Assembly (NCBI GenBank): GCA_963823665.1
Contig: CAWGMQ010000005.1
Span: 1,760,001-1,824,000, forward strand
Direction: 5' to 3'
Source of the DNA: an uncultured Planctomycetota bacterium
Lineage (GTDB): Bacteria > Planctomycetota > Planctomycetia > Isosphaerales > Isosphaeraceae
Length of the DNA stretch: 64,000 bases
Shown: positions 10,545 through 21,268 of the stretch, piece after piece
Position numbering within the stretch: position 1 is the first letter of the stretch
Layout: every line of letters begins with the position of its first letter
Position numbers and translations under genes: made by a program
Notes under the pieces: generated by a model
Database searches by the model: none
Told to the model about the DNA's origin: nothing
What the model saw: only the letters and a program-made list of their open reading frames with translations

Positions 10545-11780
10545 ATGAGCGAATCTTCAAGCGACCAGATGCCGCCCGTCCATGCTGACGAAGAAAAGCC
10601 GTCGATGTCGCCTGCGCCGCGGCTGGCTTCGATCGATGCCTACCGCGGGCTGGTGATGTTTCTGATGATGGCCGAGGTGCTCAAGCTTTGCCGCGTGGCC
10701 GGTAAACTGCCAGGTGAGCGAATCTGGGAGCTGCTCTGCCACCATCAGTCTCACGTGGAATGGGTCGGATGTTCGCTGCACGACTTGATTCAGCCTTCGT
10801 TCTCGTTCCTGGTCGGCGTGGCGCTGCCGTTTTCACTGGCCAACCGGCTGGCAAGGGGCCAGTCCAGAGCCAGAATGACGGCACACGCGCTCTGGCGTTC
10901 GCTCATCCTCGTTTTGCTGGGAGTGTTCCTCCGGTCGATGGGTCAGAAGCAGACCTACTTCACCTTTGAGGACACTCTCAGTCAGATCGGGCTTGGGTAT
11001 ACGTTCCTCTTCGCGCTGGCGCTTTGTTCTTCGCGCGTTCAATGGATCGCGCTTGGCGTCATCCTCGGCGGCTACTGGGCGGCCTTCGCACTGTACCCGG
11101 CTCCCGGCAGCAGTTTTGATTTCAGCTCGGTCGGTGTTCGACCCGACTGGACTCACCATCCGACCGGGTTCGCTGCGCACTGGGACAAGAACAGTAACCT
11201 CGCATGGGCCTTCGACACCTGGTTCTTGAACGTGTTTCCCCGTAAGAGCACGTTCTCGTCGAACGGCGGAGGTTATGCCACGCTGAGCTTCATTCCGACG
11301 CTGGGGACCATGATTCTGGGTCTGCTGGCCGGCGGAATACTGCGACGCGCCTGGCCGGGTTGGGCCAAGCTGCTCTGGCTTTGCGCAAGCGGCGCCCTCG
11401 GACTACTTGCCGGCTGGGGGCTGGGCGAGCTCGGTCTCTGTCCTGTGGTCAAACGAATCTGGACGCCGAGCTGGGTTCTCTACAGCGGCGGGTTTTGCTT
11501 CTTGTTTCTCGCCGGGTTTTACGCGTTGCTCGATCTGCTGGGCGTGCGCTTCTGGGCCTTCCCGCTGCGGGTTATCGGCATGAACTCGATTGCCGCGTAT
11601 TGCATGGCAGGTTTGTTCGAGGGCTTCGTCGTCAGCAGCCTCAGCACCCATGTCGGCGAGCGAATCTTCAAAATTCTCGGCGAGGCCTATGAACCCTTGC
11701 TCCGCGGCGCGGCGGTTCTCCTGGTGCTCTGGCTCATCCTGTTCTGGATGTACCGGCGCAAGTTGTTCTTGAAGATCTGA
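10545..11780 (+). CDS. DUF5009 / heparan-alpha-glucosaminide N-acetyltransferase-like membrane protein
   Basis: [42 protein letters not shown]; many transmembrane helices. Confidence 0.85.
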   Translation: MSESSSDQMPPVHADEEKPSMSPAPRLASIDAYRGLVMFLMMAEVLKLCRVAGKLPGERIWELLCHHQSHVEWVGCSLHDLIQPSFSFLVGVALPFSLANRLARGQSRARMTAHALWRSLILVLLGVFLRSMGQKQTYFTFEDTLSQIGLGYTFLFALALCSSRVQWIALGVILGGYWAAFALYPAPGSSFDFSSVGVRPDWTHHPTGFAAHWDKNSNLAWAFDTWFLNVFPRKSTFSSNGGGYATLSFIPTLGTMILGLLAGGILRRAWPGWAKLLWLCASGALGLLAGWGLGELGLCPVVKRIWTPSWVLYSGGFCFLFLAGFYALLDLLGVRFWAFPLRVIGMNSIAAYCMAGLFEGFVVSSLSTHVGERIFKILGEAYEPLLRGAAVLLVLWLILFWMYRRKLFLKI

Positions 11781-11910
11781 TGCGGTGAAGCCCGCTCGAG
11801 CATTCGTCGCTGTTCTACGACGATCATGATAAGATCGAGCTCGGGGATGCGGTCGTTGCCGGCTCACGCACCTGCTTGATTCCATCCCGATTTCGTTGGA
11901 GGGAAGCGTT

Positions 11911-12345
11911 ATGGAGACGCAGACGATGGGGAAGGTTGTCGTGACGGCGGTGATCGAGAACCTTGAAGATCTATACAACGTCAAGAGGGGCGAATTGCAG
12001 CCCGATCAGGTTCGGCGTATTGAGGTGCGTGATGCCATCGTCGACACCGGTGCAACGACCCTGTTACTTCCGAAAAGGATGATTGCCGCGCTTGGGCTTG
12101 AGCCCCTGCGCATGCGCCACTCCCGGGGATTAGGTGGCGATTTTCTTCTGCCCGTGTTTGGAACCGTCCGTCTGACGATTCAGGGGCGTGATTGCCCGCT
12201 CGACGTGGGCGAGATCGGCGATGAATTTCCGGTCCTGGTCGGCCAGATACCGCTCGAGGCACTTGACTGGGTCGTTGACACCAAGGGCCGGCGTCTGATC
12301 GGCAATCCTGAACATGGCGGCGAGTGGGGCATGGACGCGTATTGA
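11911..12345 (+). CDS. Clan AA (retropepsin-like) aspartic protease
   Basis: AIVDTGAT catalytic motif; LVGQIPLEALDWVVD...LIGNPEHGG. Confidence 0.85.
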   Translation: METQTMGKVVVTAVIENLEDLYNVKRGELQPDQVRRIEVRDAIVDTGATTLLLPKRMIAALGLEPLRMRHSRGLGGDFLLPVFGTVRLTIQGRDCPLDVGEIGDEFPVLVGQIPLEALDWVVDTKGRRLIGNPEHGGEWGMDAY

Positions 12346-12402
12346 ACGAATCGTCGCGGCTGACTTTCACCCTTCCAGCGACAACATTCAGGCGCACTGC
12401 TC

Positions 12403-15394
12403 ATGCGTCTCACCAAGTTTCTCTGGCTGATTGTAATCGCGCTCTCGAACGGGCTCGCGGCGGTGGCCCCGCACGCACACGGCCAGGATCAGCCAGGACG
12501 AAGGGCGCGAGCCGAGGTGCGCCTGGATGTCACACGCGATGCCTGGATCTCGGAGGTTGCCCGGGAAGCCGATGGCAATAACGGCGGCGCCACTCGCCTG
12601 AAGCTCAAGAGCATTCAGGAGATGAGCCTGCTGGACTTCGATCCGACGGCTCTTCTGGGCCGGACAATCCGTTCGGCTACTCTCCATCTCAAAGTGGCTG
12701 GTGATGAGACCCTGAAACGTGTGACGGTCAGCTCTGTCGGCGCGGAGTGGGATGAGGGAACGGGGACAGGCTACGCAATCGCAGCCCGGCGGTGTGACAT
12801 TCCGTCACCGGCGACATCCGGACCTCGCGTGGTCGCTCAGCGGGGGAGACATTTGCCAGGTCGTGTTCGACAACGGCGGTACGATCTGGCACATGGCTGA
12901 GGCTTCCCAACCGGATCGCGATGGCTGGCAGCAGGTGGCGGTCGACGCGCGGGTCATCGCCGCCCGCCTGGCTGGAATCAGCCATGGCTTTCTCGCGTTC
13001 GATGACACTGGCTCGGAATGGACGCGGACCGGTGAGACGTTCAAATTCCGGCTCTTCCCCAATCGTTTCGTGTACAGCCGCGAGCAGAACCGTGCGAGTG
13101 CGCCCTACTTCACGATCGAGACCGGAGCAGAGGATCGCCGGCCGCCACAAGCTCCGTCCGGGCTGCGCGTGGAGTCCGGTACGTCGCTGCTGCCTGCGGG
13201 CGAGGCTCTCGTATCGTGGGTCACGCCCGCCGACGGTGGTCCCGCCGGCACGCTGGGGTTCTTTGCGACGCTTGACGGCACGCCTCTTCCTCGGGAGCTA
13301 ATTCCGGTCGCGCGCATTCCGGGTGCGCGAGTCGAGATGCATCTTCGCGACCTGAAGATTTCCAGCCAGTCGAGCCACAAGCTGGCGGTGCGAGCTGTCG
13401 ACGCGGCGGGCAACCGCGGGCCGGAAGCGATGGCAACGATCCGCGTTTCATCACGAGTGCCCGGCCGCCTGCCCGGGCTAAAGCCGGATGCGAAGCCGAC
13501 CGCTCGCTCATCCGTTCTGCCGCGGATTGGCGGTGTAGACGTGGCGATCATCGACGAGCTGGACAAGGTCAATCCTTCGACCGGCGAGTTGATTCCCGCC
13601 CAAGCCGAAGGATACCAGGCAGCCAACCATCTCTGGGATGCCGGTCGTCGTCGAGTCAGGCTTCAGGCCGCCCGAAACGAGTTTGTGGCGTTTCAGGTCA
13701 TGCTGCGAGGTGATTCCGCCGCCGGACCGCTCAACGCCGAGCTGATTTTTGACGGGCCCGCCGGCAAGACGATTCAAGTTGCGGTCGAGCGGTACCACCT
13801 CGTGCCGGCGCGCGGAGGACCGATCCCCGACCCGATCGTGCCCTTGAGCTTCGGCGCAGAAAGCGGGGAGCGAGCCAAATATCGGAGTCTACATATCGAA
13901 GTGTACGTCCCCCATGGGGTGGCGCCCGGTGAGTATAACGGCACGCTTGAGCTCAGCGCATCGGCCCGGGCCGGCGACGCATCGGCGTCCGGTCGAGAGA
14001 CGTTGCGCTTGCCGGTGAAACTTCAGGTGTGGGATTTCTCTTTACCGGATCACCTGAGCTTTCTGCCCGAGATGAACTGCTACGGCCTGCCCGAAGACGA
14101 ACTCGGCTATTACCGTCTGGCCCACCGGCATCGGACGGTGCTCAATCGCGTTCCATACAATCAGGCTGGGCGGGTGCAGGACGGCTGCGCACCGGTCTGG
14201 GACAAAACGCGATTGAAGCTCGACTGGTCGAAGTGGGATCGACGATTCGGTCCGCTGCTCGATGGGACGGCGTTTGCGGATCTGCCGCGGAAGGGCGTGC
14301 CGGTCGAGTGTTTTTATCTCCCGCTGCACGAGAACTGGCCGAGCCCGATGGAGGGGAATTACAACGGCGACTACTGGGCTGATCGGGCCTTTCCGGATTC
14401 GTACCGACGAGCCTTCGTCGCGGCTTCGAAGGAAATCGCGGCGCATCTGCGGAACAAGAAATGGAACGAGACGCTCTTTCAGGGATTCTTGAACAACAAG
14501 AACAACTTCAAGGCCAATGGCTGGTCGCGCGGGTCGTCCCCCTGGCTGCTCGACGAGCCGGCCAGCTTTCAGGATTACTGGGCTCTTCGCTACTTCGCCC
14601 GAGCTTTTCACGAGGGCATCAATCAGGCAGCGAGAGATGATCCACGGGCATCCGTACCGGCACCTCGGCTAGTCTTCCGCGCCGATATCTCTCGCCCTCA
14701 ATGGCGCAGGAACAGCCTCGACGGCCTGATTGATTATCACGTCGTCGGAAGTGCGATGCGCGAATATCCCCGGCTCGTCTTCGAGCGCAAGCGCACGCTT
14801 GGCGAGATCGTGCTCGAATACGGGTCTAGCAATTCCGTCGAGGGCTCGAATGTGCAGCCGGCCGCTTGGTGTGTGGACGTATGGTCTCAGGGCGCTGACG
14901 GCGTCATTCCCTGGCAGACGGTCGGCAATCCCGATTCCTGGAACAAGGCTGACGAGCTCGCGCTTTTCTATCCTCACCCGGCGAAAGACGGACCTGGTCG
15001 ATCGGGGCCGGGCATCACTCCCACGCCGATTCCGTCGATTCGCCTCAAGTCTTATCGGCGCGGCGAGCAGGACATCGAGTATTTGACGCTTTGGTCGCAA
15101 TTACACGGAGAGCCACGGTGGGCAGTCGGCCAAGCGGTCCGCTCGGCGCTCGCCCTTGCCGGCAAGCGCGAGGCAAGTGGCTTTGCCGGTGGTGAGGATG
15201 CTGGGAGGATCAATTACGGCCGTCTTCGCCCGCAGCAGTTATGGGCACTTCGTGTCGCGATTGGCGAGGCCATTTCACAAGCACATCCGTCCGCGAAGTC
15301 CAAGCTGGTTGACTTTCGCACGCCCCGGCGCGACCCCACTGCTGAGTGGGGACCCACTCGGAGTTCTGGCCGAGAACACGAGCAGCGAGAGTAA
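12403..15394 (+). CDS. Large secreted hypothetical protein (DNRLRE-like N-terminus, FN3-like, GH123/DUF4091-like); frameshift near 12780
   Basis: ORFs 12403..12900 and 12752..15394 join; signal peptide; ARNEFVAFQV, LQVWDFSLP, LLDEP, PSIRLKSYRRGEQDIEYL. Confidence 0.65.
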
Positions 15395-15474
15395 GAGTAA
15401 GATTGAGAATAGGACTCGCTCCGGCATCCCTGCGGTACGTCACTTTCCTACTCTTAATCTCGATCTTGCCCTCT
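15387..15474. repeat. Imperfect 28-bp inverted repeat built of GAGTAA-like hexamers between convergent genes (possible bidirectional terminator)
   Basis: GAGAGTAAGAGTAAGATTGAGAATAGGA ... TCCTACTCTTAATCTCGATCTTGCCCTC. Confidence 0.6.
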
Positions 15475-18400
15475 TAGCCCTTTGCAACCCGGGCGATCGC
15501 TCGCTTGAGTGTCGCCTCGACTTCCGACCAGAACGCCCGCAGCGCCGTTCGCTCGGCGTCGGAAAGTCGCTCGAGGGCGTCGGTGTCACGGATGCCGGCA
15601 AGGTCCGGATCCGTCTTCCAGTGTTGAAGAGTTCGGATTACGGCAGCCATGGACTGCGGCGAACCGCCCTCGGCCGTTGTGCTCCAGTAACCTCGGTCTG
15701 CCCTGAGCCAATCGAGCGCCTGCTGGCGAAGCTTGCCTTGGGCCTCCGCGCTAGGCGGCGGATCTTCCTTACTCTTACTCGCGCCCGCCAGGGCCGCGGA
15801 GCATGCAGCGGTGTACCGGTTCTGGGCGGTCATGTCGTCGGCAAGTTTGGCCTCCGCTTGGAACGCTTCGGTCCAGAAGCGAGCCGCAGTTGCATGCAAC
15901 TGCTTGTCGTAACAAAACTGGGCGATTGCGACTCGCTCGGCAGCATTGGCCGGCTTGGCCTCGCCGCGGAGGATTGCGGGCAGCTTTTTTTCGATCGCAA
16001 CCATCTGCTCACAGTCGCGGACCCACGCCTCAGAGGGATAAGGCCAGCCGGGCCGCTTCGAGCCGAATTCGTGGCCGACGCGATATTCTGCGAGTGCCTC
16101 GACGTACAGACCCTTTTCACGCAGAAGCTGCCCAAGGTTGCAGTGCGCTTCGGCGTGACCGCGATCGAGCTCGGTGGCCTTGCGATAAGCCGCGATCGCG
16201 TCGTCCGGCTTTCCCAGGGAACTAACGGCATTGCCTAAGTGATAGTGGTACTGTGCCGAATTGGGGTGGAGCCTGATCGCCTCACGAAACTCGGCGGCGG
16301 CACCGCTGTAGTCGCCCGCTTGATTGAACAGAAGCGTGCCGAGATTGGAGTGAAACGCCGCGTTATCGGGTTCAAGCCGTGTCGCCATTCGGCATTCTTC
16401 GACTCCTTGGGCCAGCATACCTTGCGAAGCGAGCATCAAGCCGAGACTGGAGTGGGCCCACGCCGAGTCTGGCTTGAGCCGAACAGCGTCACGAATGGTG
16501 GCGACTGCCTCTGCCATCCTTCCCTCGTCCTTGAGGGCAACGGCCAGTCGGGTAAGCGACTGGACGTCGCGCTTGATTCGGATCGACTCTCGCAGCGCTC
16601 CCTCAGCCTCCCGGAGCTTTCCCAGCTTCACCAGCAGTTCGCCGAGTCGGCCATGCGAGTCCGCATCGTCAGGCTTGAGCCTTGTCGCCTCGCGAAACTC
16701 GGTGGTGGCCTCATCGAATTTACCCTGATTACTGAGTGCGATGCCGAGGTTGTGGTGTGTACCGGCGTCGGTCGGCTCGAGCCGGATCGCTAAGCGGAAC
16801 TCCGCGGTTGCCCCCGCATAGTCTTGTTTCCCGTCACACAACAGCGAGCCCAAGCTGTTGTGGGCGCCGGGGAACCACGGGTTGAGCCGGATTGCTTCCC
16901 GGAGCTCGGCGGCTGCTTCATCAAGCTTCCCAAGGCGGAACAATGCGTTCCCAAGATCGGCGTGGGCCACGGCGACTTTCGGCGCTAGCCGTGTCGCCTC
17001 GCGGAACTCCGCGCTGGCGCCTTGATAGTCATTTACGGGATCAAACAGCACCTTGCCGAGCGCAACGTGCGGCGAGTCGTCGTCGGGCGCAAGGCGAATG
17101 GCCTCACGAAAGGAGGCCATCGATAGCTCATATTCTCCTTTCTGTTCCAAGGCGATGCCGAGATTGACGCGCACGATAGACTCTTTGGGATCGAGGCGGA
17201 TCGCCTCTCGGTATGCCGCGATCGCCTCGTCGAGCTTCCGACGCGCAACAAGCGCCAGGCCCAAGCTGTTGTGTGCGCTGGCATCACCGGGCTTGAGGCG
17301 AACCACCTCGCGAAGTTCGGCGATCGCTGCAGATTTATTCCCAAGGTTTGCGAGAGCAGATCCTAGATATTGATGAGCCTCCGCGTTGTCCGGCTTGAGG
17401 CGAATCGCGTCACGAAATAACGCGATTCCTTCGTTCCGGTTGCCCTGCTTCATGAGAGCGCTGCCAAGGCCGAGATAGGCTCGAATGTGGTCTGGCGCAC
17501 GCCGGATCGCATCACGAAACTGGGCGATCGCCTCGTCCAGCCTCCCGCGTGCAGCCAGAGCGTTCCCAAGCTCTGTACGATCGGACGCATCCCAGGGGTC
17601 CAGCCGAACCGCCTCACCGTATTCAGCGATCGCCTCATCTGTTTTCCCCTGTTCCAGCAACGTGCGGGCAAGTACGGTGTGCGCACTCGGATAAGTCGGC
17701 AAGAGCCGGATCGACTCGCGACACGCGAAGGCCGCCTCTTCTAGCTTGTGTCTGCTTCGCAGGGCGCTGCCCAGGTTGCTGTATAATACAATCGAGCTCG
17801 ACCGATGCTTGATCCCTTCACGGTATTCAGCGATCGCCTCATCGTACTGTCCCTTTGAGCTGAAGGCCCTCCCCAGGTCGTTGCGTGCCCCGTCGGAACT
17901 TGGGTCTTGTCGCACTTTGTCGCGCAAGAGCTCGATCGCGCGATCCAGGACAGCGTCGGCCTCTTTGGTGCGGCCTTCTTCCTTGAGCACCTGTCCCAGG
18001 CAGACGAGGTAGGTGCCGCTTGAGGGCCTCAACCGTACCAGGTCCTCAAACACGCCAATCGCCCCCTTCGCCTCGCCTTTGGCGTCCAGATAATGCGCCA
18101 GCATGTGGCCGGTTTCCGGCCGGATGGAGCGAGCGGCTACGTAGTAGCGAATCCCCTCATCACGCCTTCCGATCCGCATCAAGCATCTTGCAAGTTCGTA
18201 GTTGATCCAGACGTCGCGCGGATAACGGTGCTGTGCATCTCGCAGGACCTTTTCGCCCAATTCCCGATCACCAAGACCCACGAGCGCCGTTCCCAGGAGC
18301 TCCAGGCTCACCGGGGGAAGTTCGTCGCCTTTGCTCGCACTTGCGAGATCTCTCAGCGTTCGAAGACGCGAGTCCGCTTTCGGTGAGTAAAGTGCAGCGC

Positions 18401-20312
18401 GGAGACGGTTGCGCCACGAGTCGGGATCGCCGATCCGGGCGATCTCGACGAGCCGCAAACTTCCCGATTGGTCATTCCGCTCGCTCCAGCGCGCTCGGGC
18501 CCAGTCATCGAGCGCCGCGGCCATCGCCGCAGTTACCGACGCGGGTCGGGCCTTGATCCTCGCCCCCGCCTCTTCCGGCGAAAGCGCCGCGATGTCGATT
18601 CCCGCTTCGCGGAAAGCGAATCCATACGCCGCGTCGGTGTTCGTACCGTCGGGATCGTCTTCCCTCGACGAGCGAATATCCACCAGTTTGTCGAGCAGCT
18701 TCCGGTCGTTCTCCGCAGCGGTCGCTGCCGCCGTCACGTCGCGGGCAAGCTTCCGCACCTTCTCTCGCGTGGCATTGTTTCGAGCATCTGCCGCCAGTCG
18801 CTCGACCGCATGCGCCGCCTCCCGGGCCTGCAACCAGCGAGACGCATCGTCACCCGCCCGCTCGGCCTCGGCCCGCAAGAGGTCCGCCTCGCGAAGTGCC
18901 AGATCGACGCGCTCGGCGCCAAGCCGGCGGTGCCGCTCATTCCAGAGCCAGCCCCCTCCGCCGACGACGATTATTCCGATGATCGAGGCCGCGAGCGCCG
19001 CAGTGAGCTTCCGCCGCTTGCGCTCCTCCACGGCGCGTGCACTGGCCTCCACACGGGCGAGTTCGGCTTGCCGCAGCCGCCCCAGCGCGCTTGCCTGGTA
19101 TTCAGCCATCGAATCAGCGACTTCGCGCGCGCTCCGTGGCCGATCTTCAAGCTCAGGCGCGAGGCAATACTTCGCGAGCGCGATCAACTCAGCCTCGGCG
19201 CCGGATTGGTCGAGCCGGGCAAATGCCTCGGCCACCTCGCCGCGACTCGACTTGCGCATGACTTCACCCGTCGACCTCCCGGTAAACGCTGGCTGACCTG
19301 TCAGCATCTGACACAGCATTGATCCCAATCCGAAAACATCGGCGCGTTCGCCGACGCGGTCGAGCTCGCCCCGCGCTTGCTCGGGCGCCATGTATGCCGG
19401 CGTCCCAAGCACGCTGCCGAATTCAGAAGCGTCCACGTCCGAGCCCGACCCGCTCCGAGCCGTTTGGATGACACTCACCTCGGGTCGAGGCGGTTCAGCC
19501 TCCCCAGGACCCGCCCCGCCGCGTGGCAAAACCTTGGCCAGCCCCCAGTCCATGACCTGCACCTCGCCGAACTTGCCGACCATGATGTTCGAGGGCTTCA
19601 AGTCGCGGTGAATCACGCCGCGCGTGTGGGCGTAGGCCATCGTCTGACACACCTGCTCGAAGATCGCCAGGAACCGGGAAAGGCCGTCGGCCGTGTTCTT
19701 CCGCATCTGGAGCTGCGAGGAAAGTGTCTGGCCTTTGAGCAGCTTCATCGTGAAAAACGGCCGGCGGTCAGCGAAGGTCCCCACGTCGTAGATCGGAACC
19801 ACTCCGGGATGCTGAAGCTGTCCCCCGATCTGCGCTTCTTCGACGAACCGGCGGATCAGGTCGGGTTTGTCGCGGTGCGATTCGAGCAGCACCTTGACGG
19901 CAAGGTCACGCCCCAGCTCGGTATCCCGACCGCGGAGCACGGCCCCCATGCCCCCCCGAGCAATCTCCCCAAGGAACTGGTAGCGGCCCAACCGATCCAG
20001 GGCGCCGGGCATTTCGGTCGACCCTAACTTCACCACCGGCGACGGTTCCTCGTCCACGTCCGTGTCGCGCAGCAGGATTCGTCGAGCTCCGCCTATCGAA
20101 TCGGCCAGCGCGGTGAACACACTGCTCCGAGCCCGTTCGACGGAAATGCTCACCTCGGGTGAATACGGTACCTGCCCCTCGGTGGTCATGGCGTTTTGAG
20201 GTTGGCAGCGCACGCAGGTACAATCGGGGTCATTCACCGCCAGAGGCGCTCCGCAAGACGCGCAACGTCGAGGTTCGTCTGCCATGGCGCGTGTCTCCGC
20301 ATCGGGAATCAA
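15474..20312 (-). CDS. Ser/Thr protein kinase with transmembrane helix and long TPR array
   Basis: IARGGMGAV, AVK, HRDLKPSN, DWGLAK, GTPAYMAPE; many 'AIAEYREAIRLxP' TPRs; N-terminal Cys cluster. Confidence 0.95.
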   Translation of the reverse strand: MIPDAETRAMADEPRRCASCGAPLAVNDPDCTCVRCQPQNAMTTEGQVPYSPEVSISVERARSSVFTALADSIGGARRILLRDTDVDEEPSPVVKLGSTEMPGALDRLGRYQFLGEIARGGMGAVLRGRDTELGRDLAVKVLLESHRDKPDLIRRFVEEAQIGGQLQHPGVVPIYDVGTFADRRPFFTMKLLKGQTLSSQLQMRKNTADGLSRFLAIFEQVCQTMAYAHTRGVIHRDLKPSNIMVGKFGEVQVMDWGLAKVLPRGGAGPGEAEPPRPEVSVIQTARSGSGSDVDASEFGSVLGTPAYMAPEQARGELDRVGERADVFGLGSMLCQMLTGQPAFTGRSTGEVMRKSSRGEVAEAFARLDQSGAEAELIALAKYCLAPELEDRPRSAREVADSMAEYQASALGRLRQAELARVEASARAVEERKRRKLTAALAASIIGIIVVGGGGWLWNERHRRLGAERVDLALREADLLRAEAERAGDDASRWLQAREAAHAVERLAADARNNATREKVRKLARDVTAAATAAENDRKLLDKLVDIRSSREDDPDGTNTDAAYGFAFREAGIDIAALSPEEAGARIKARPASVTAAMAAALDDWARARWSERNDQSGSLRLVEIARIGDPDSWRNRLRAALYSPKADSRLRTLRDLASASKGDELPPVSLELLGTALVGLGDRELGEKVLRDAQHRYPRDVWINYELARCLMRIGRRDEGIRYYVAARSIRPETGHMLAHYLDAKGEAKGAIGVFEDLVRLRPSSGTYLVCLGQVLKEEGRTKEADAVLDRAIELLRDKVRQDPSSDGARNDLGRAFSSKGQYDEAIAEYREGIKHRSSSIVLYSNLGSALRSRHKLEEAAFACRESIRLLPTYPSAHTVLARTLLEQGKTDEAIAEYGEAVRLDPWDASDRTELGNALAARGRLDEAIAQFRDAIRRAPDHIRAYLGLGSALMKQGNRNEGIALFRDAIRLKPDNAEAHQYLGSALANLGNKSAAIAELREVVRLKPGDASAHNSLGLALVARRKLDEAIAAYREAIRLDPKESIVRVNLGIALEQKGEYELSMASFREAIRLAPDDDSPHVALGKVLFDPVNDYQGASAEFREATRLAPKVAVAHADLGNALFRLGKLDEAAAELREAIRLNPWFPGAHNSLGSLLCDGKQDYAGATAEFRLAIRLEPTDAGTHHNLGIALSNQGKFDEATTEFREATRLKPDDADSHGRLGELLVKLGKLREAEGALRESIRIKRDVQSLTRLAVALKDEGRMAEAVATIRDAVRLKPDSAWAHSSLGLMLASQGMLAQGVEECRMATRLEPDNAAFHSNLGTLLFNQAGDYSGAAAEFREAIRLHPNSAQYHYHLGNAVSSLGKPDDAIAAYRKATELDRGHAEAHCNLGQLLREKGLYVEALAEYRVGHEFGSKRPGWPYPSEAWVRDCEQMVAIEKKLPAILRGEAKPANAAERVAIAQFCYDKQLHATAARFWTEAFQAEAKLADDMTAQNRYTAACSAALAGASKSKEDPPPSAEAQGKLRQQALDWLRADRGYWSTTAEGGSPQSMAAVIRTLQHWKTDPDLAGIRDTDALERLSDAERTALRAFWSEVEATLKRAIARVAKG

Positions 20313-20661
20313 TCGTGCGATCGGCGTTTTGGCTTGCTAGCGGCGCGACGGCCGGGAAGATCAGGTTGGCGGCCTGCGTACGGAATCATCGTCACCAGCC
20401 GGTCGCCAGTAGCGTGAACTCTAACTTCCCAGCTTCGGCCGAGCCACGCCAGCCCCTACTCCGCCGCGATGAACTGCTCCATGAGCCTTCGGCCGCGCCT
20501 CATACTTAACCCTCTTCATGTTCTTCATCTATATCTTGGTCTTACTCTCGCCCGAGTCTTTCCACCATTAGCAAAGCTTTCGCGCGTGTATTAGATTAAC
20601 CAAACCGAATGAGAGCCTTTTTCCCTGTCACGCTCGAGAACACTCACGAAGGAGCGATCCC

Positions 20662-21237
20662 ATGTCCCTCACACCGTCCACAATGCTTCCCCTCGGAACC
20701 GCGGCCCCTGATTTCGAGCTCCCCGATACCGATGGCCGCACCGTCTCGCTCGCCGATTTCAAGAACGCGCCCGCCCTGATTGTGATCTTTCTCTGTAATC
20801 ACTGTCCTTACGTCAAGCACGTCCGTGCCGAGCTGGCCCGACTGTGCAAGGAGTATCAGGCGCGGGGTGTGGGCGTTGTCGGGATCAGCTCCAATGACGT
20901 GACGACTCACCCTGACGACAGTCCGGCCATGATGGCCAGGGAGAAGACCCAGGTTGGCTACACGTTTCCCTATCTGTACGACGAGTCTCAGGCCGTTGCT
21001 CAGGCGTACCAGGCCGCTTGCACGCCTGATTTCTTCGTGTTCGACAAGTCGCGGAAGCTGGTTTACCGTGACCAGATGGATGGCAGCCGGCCGGGGAATT
21101 CAATTCCGGTCACTGGAAAAGATCTCCGAGCGGCCCTGGATGCCGTGCTCGTGGGCAAGACACCGGCCGATGACCAGCGCGCGAGCATGGGCTGCAATAT
21201 CAAGTGGAAACGTGGGAACGAGCCGAGTTATTCCTGA
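20662..21237 (+). CDS. Thioredoxin-fold redoxin (AhpC/TSA family)
   Basis: APDFELPD, CNHCPYV, AACTPDFF, SMGCNIKW; RBS AAGGAG upstream. Confidence 0.92.
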   Translation: MSLTPSTMLPLGTAAPDFELPDTDGRTVSLADFKNAPALIVIFLCNHCPYVKHVRAELARLCKEYQARGVGVVGISSNDVTTHPDDSPAMMAREKTQVGYTFPYLYDESQAVAQAYQAACTPDFFVFDKSRKLVYRDQMDGSRPGNSIPVTGKDLRAALDAVLVGKTPADDQRASMGCNIKWKRGNEPSYS

Positions 21238-21268
21238 ACGGCGGGCGGCGTTTTGGCGGCGTGGAATC

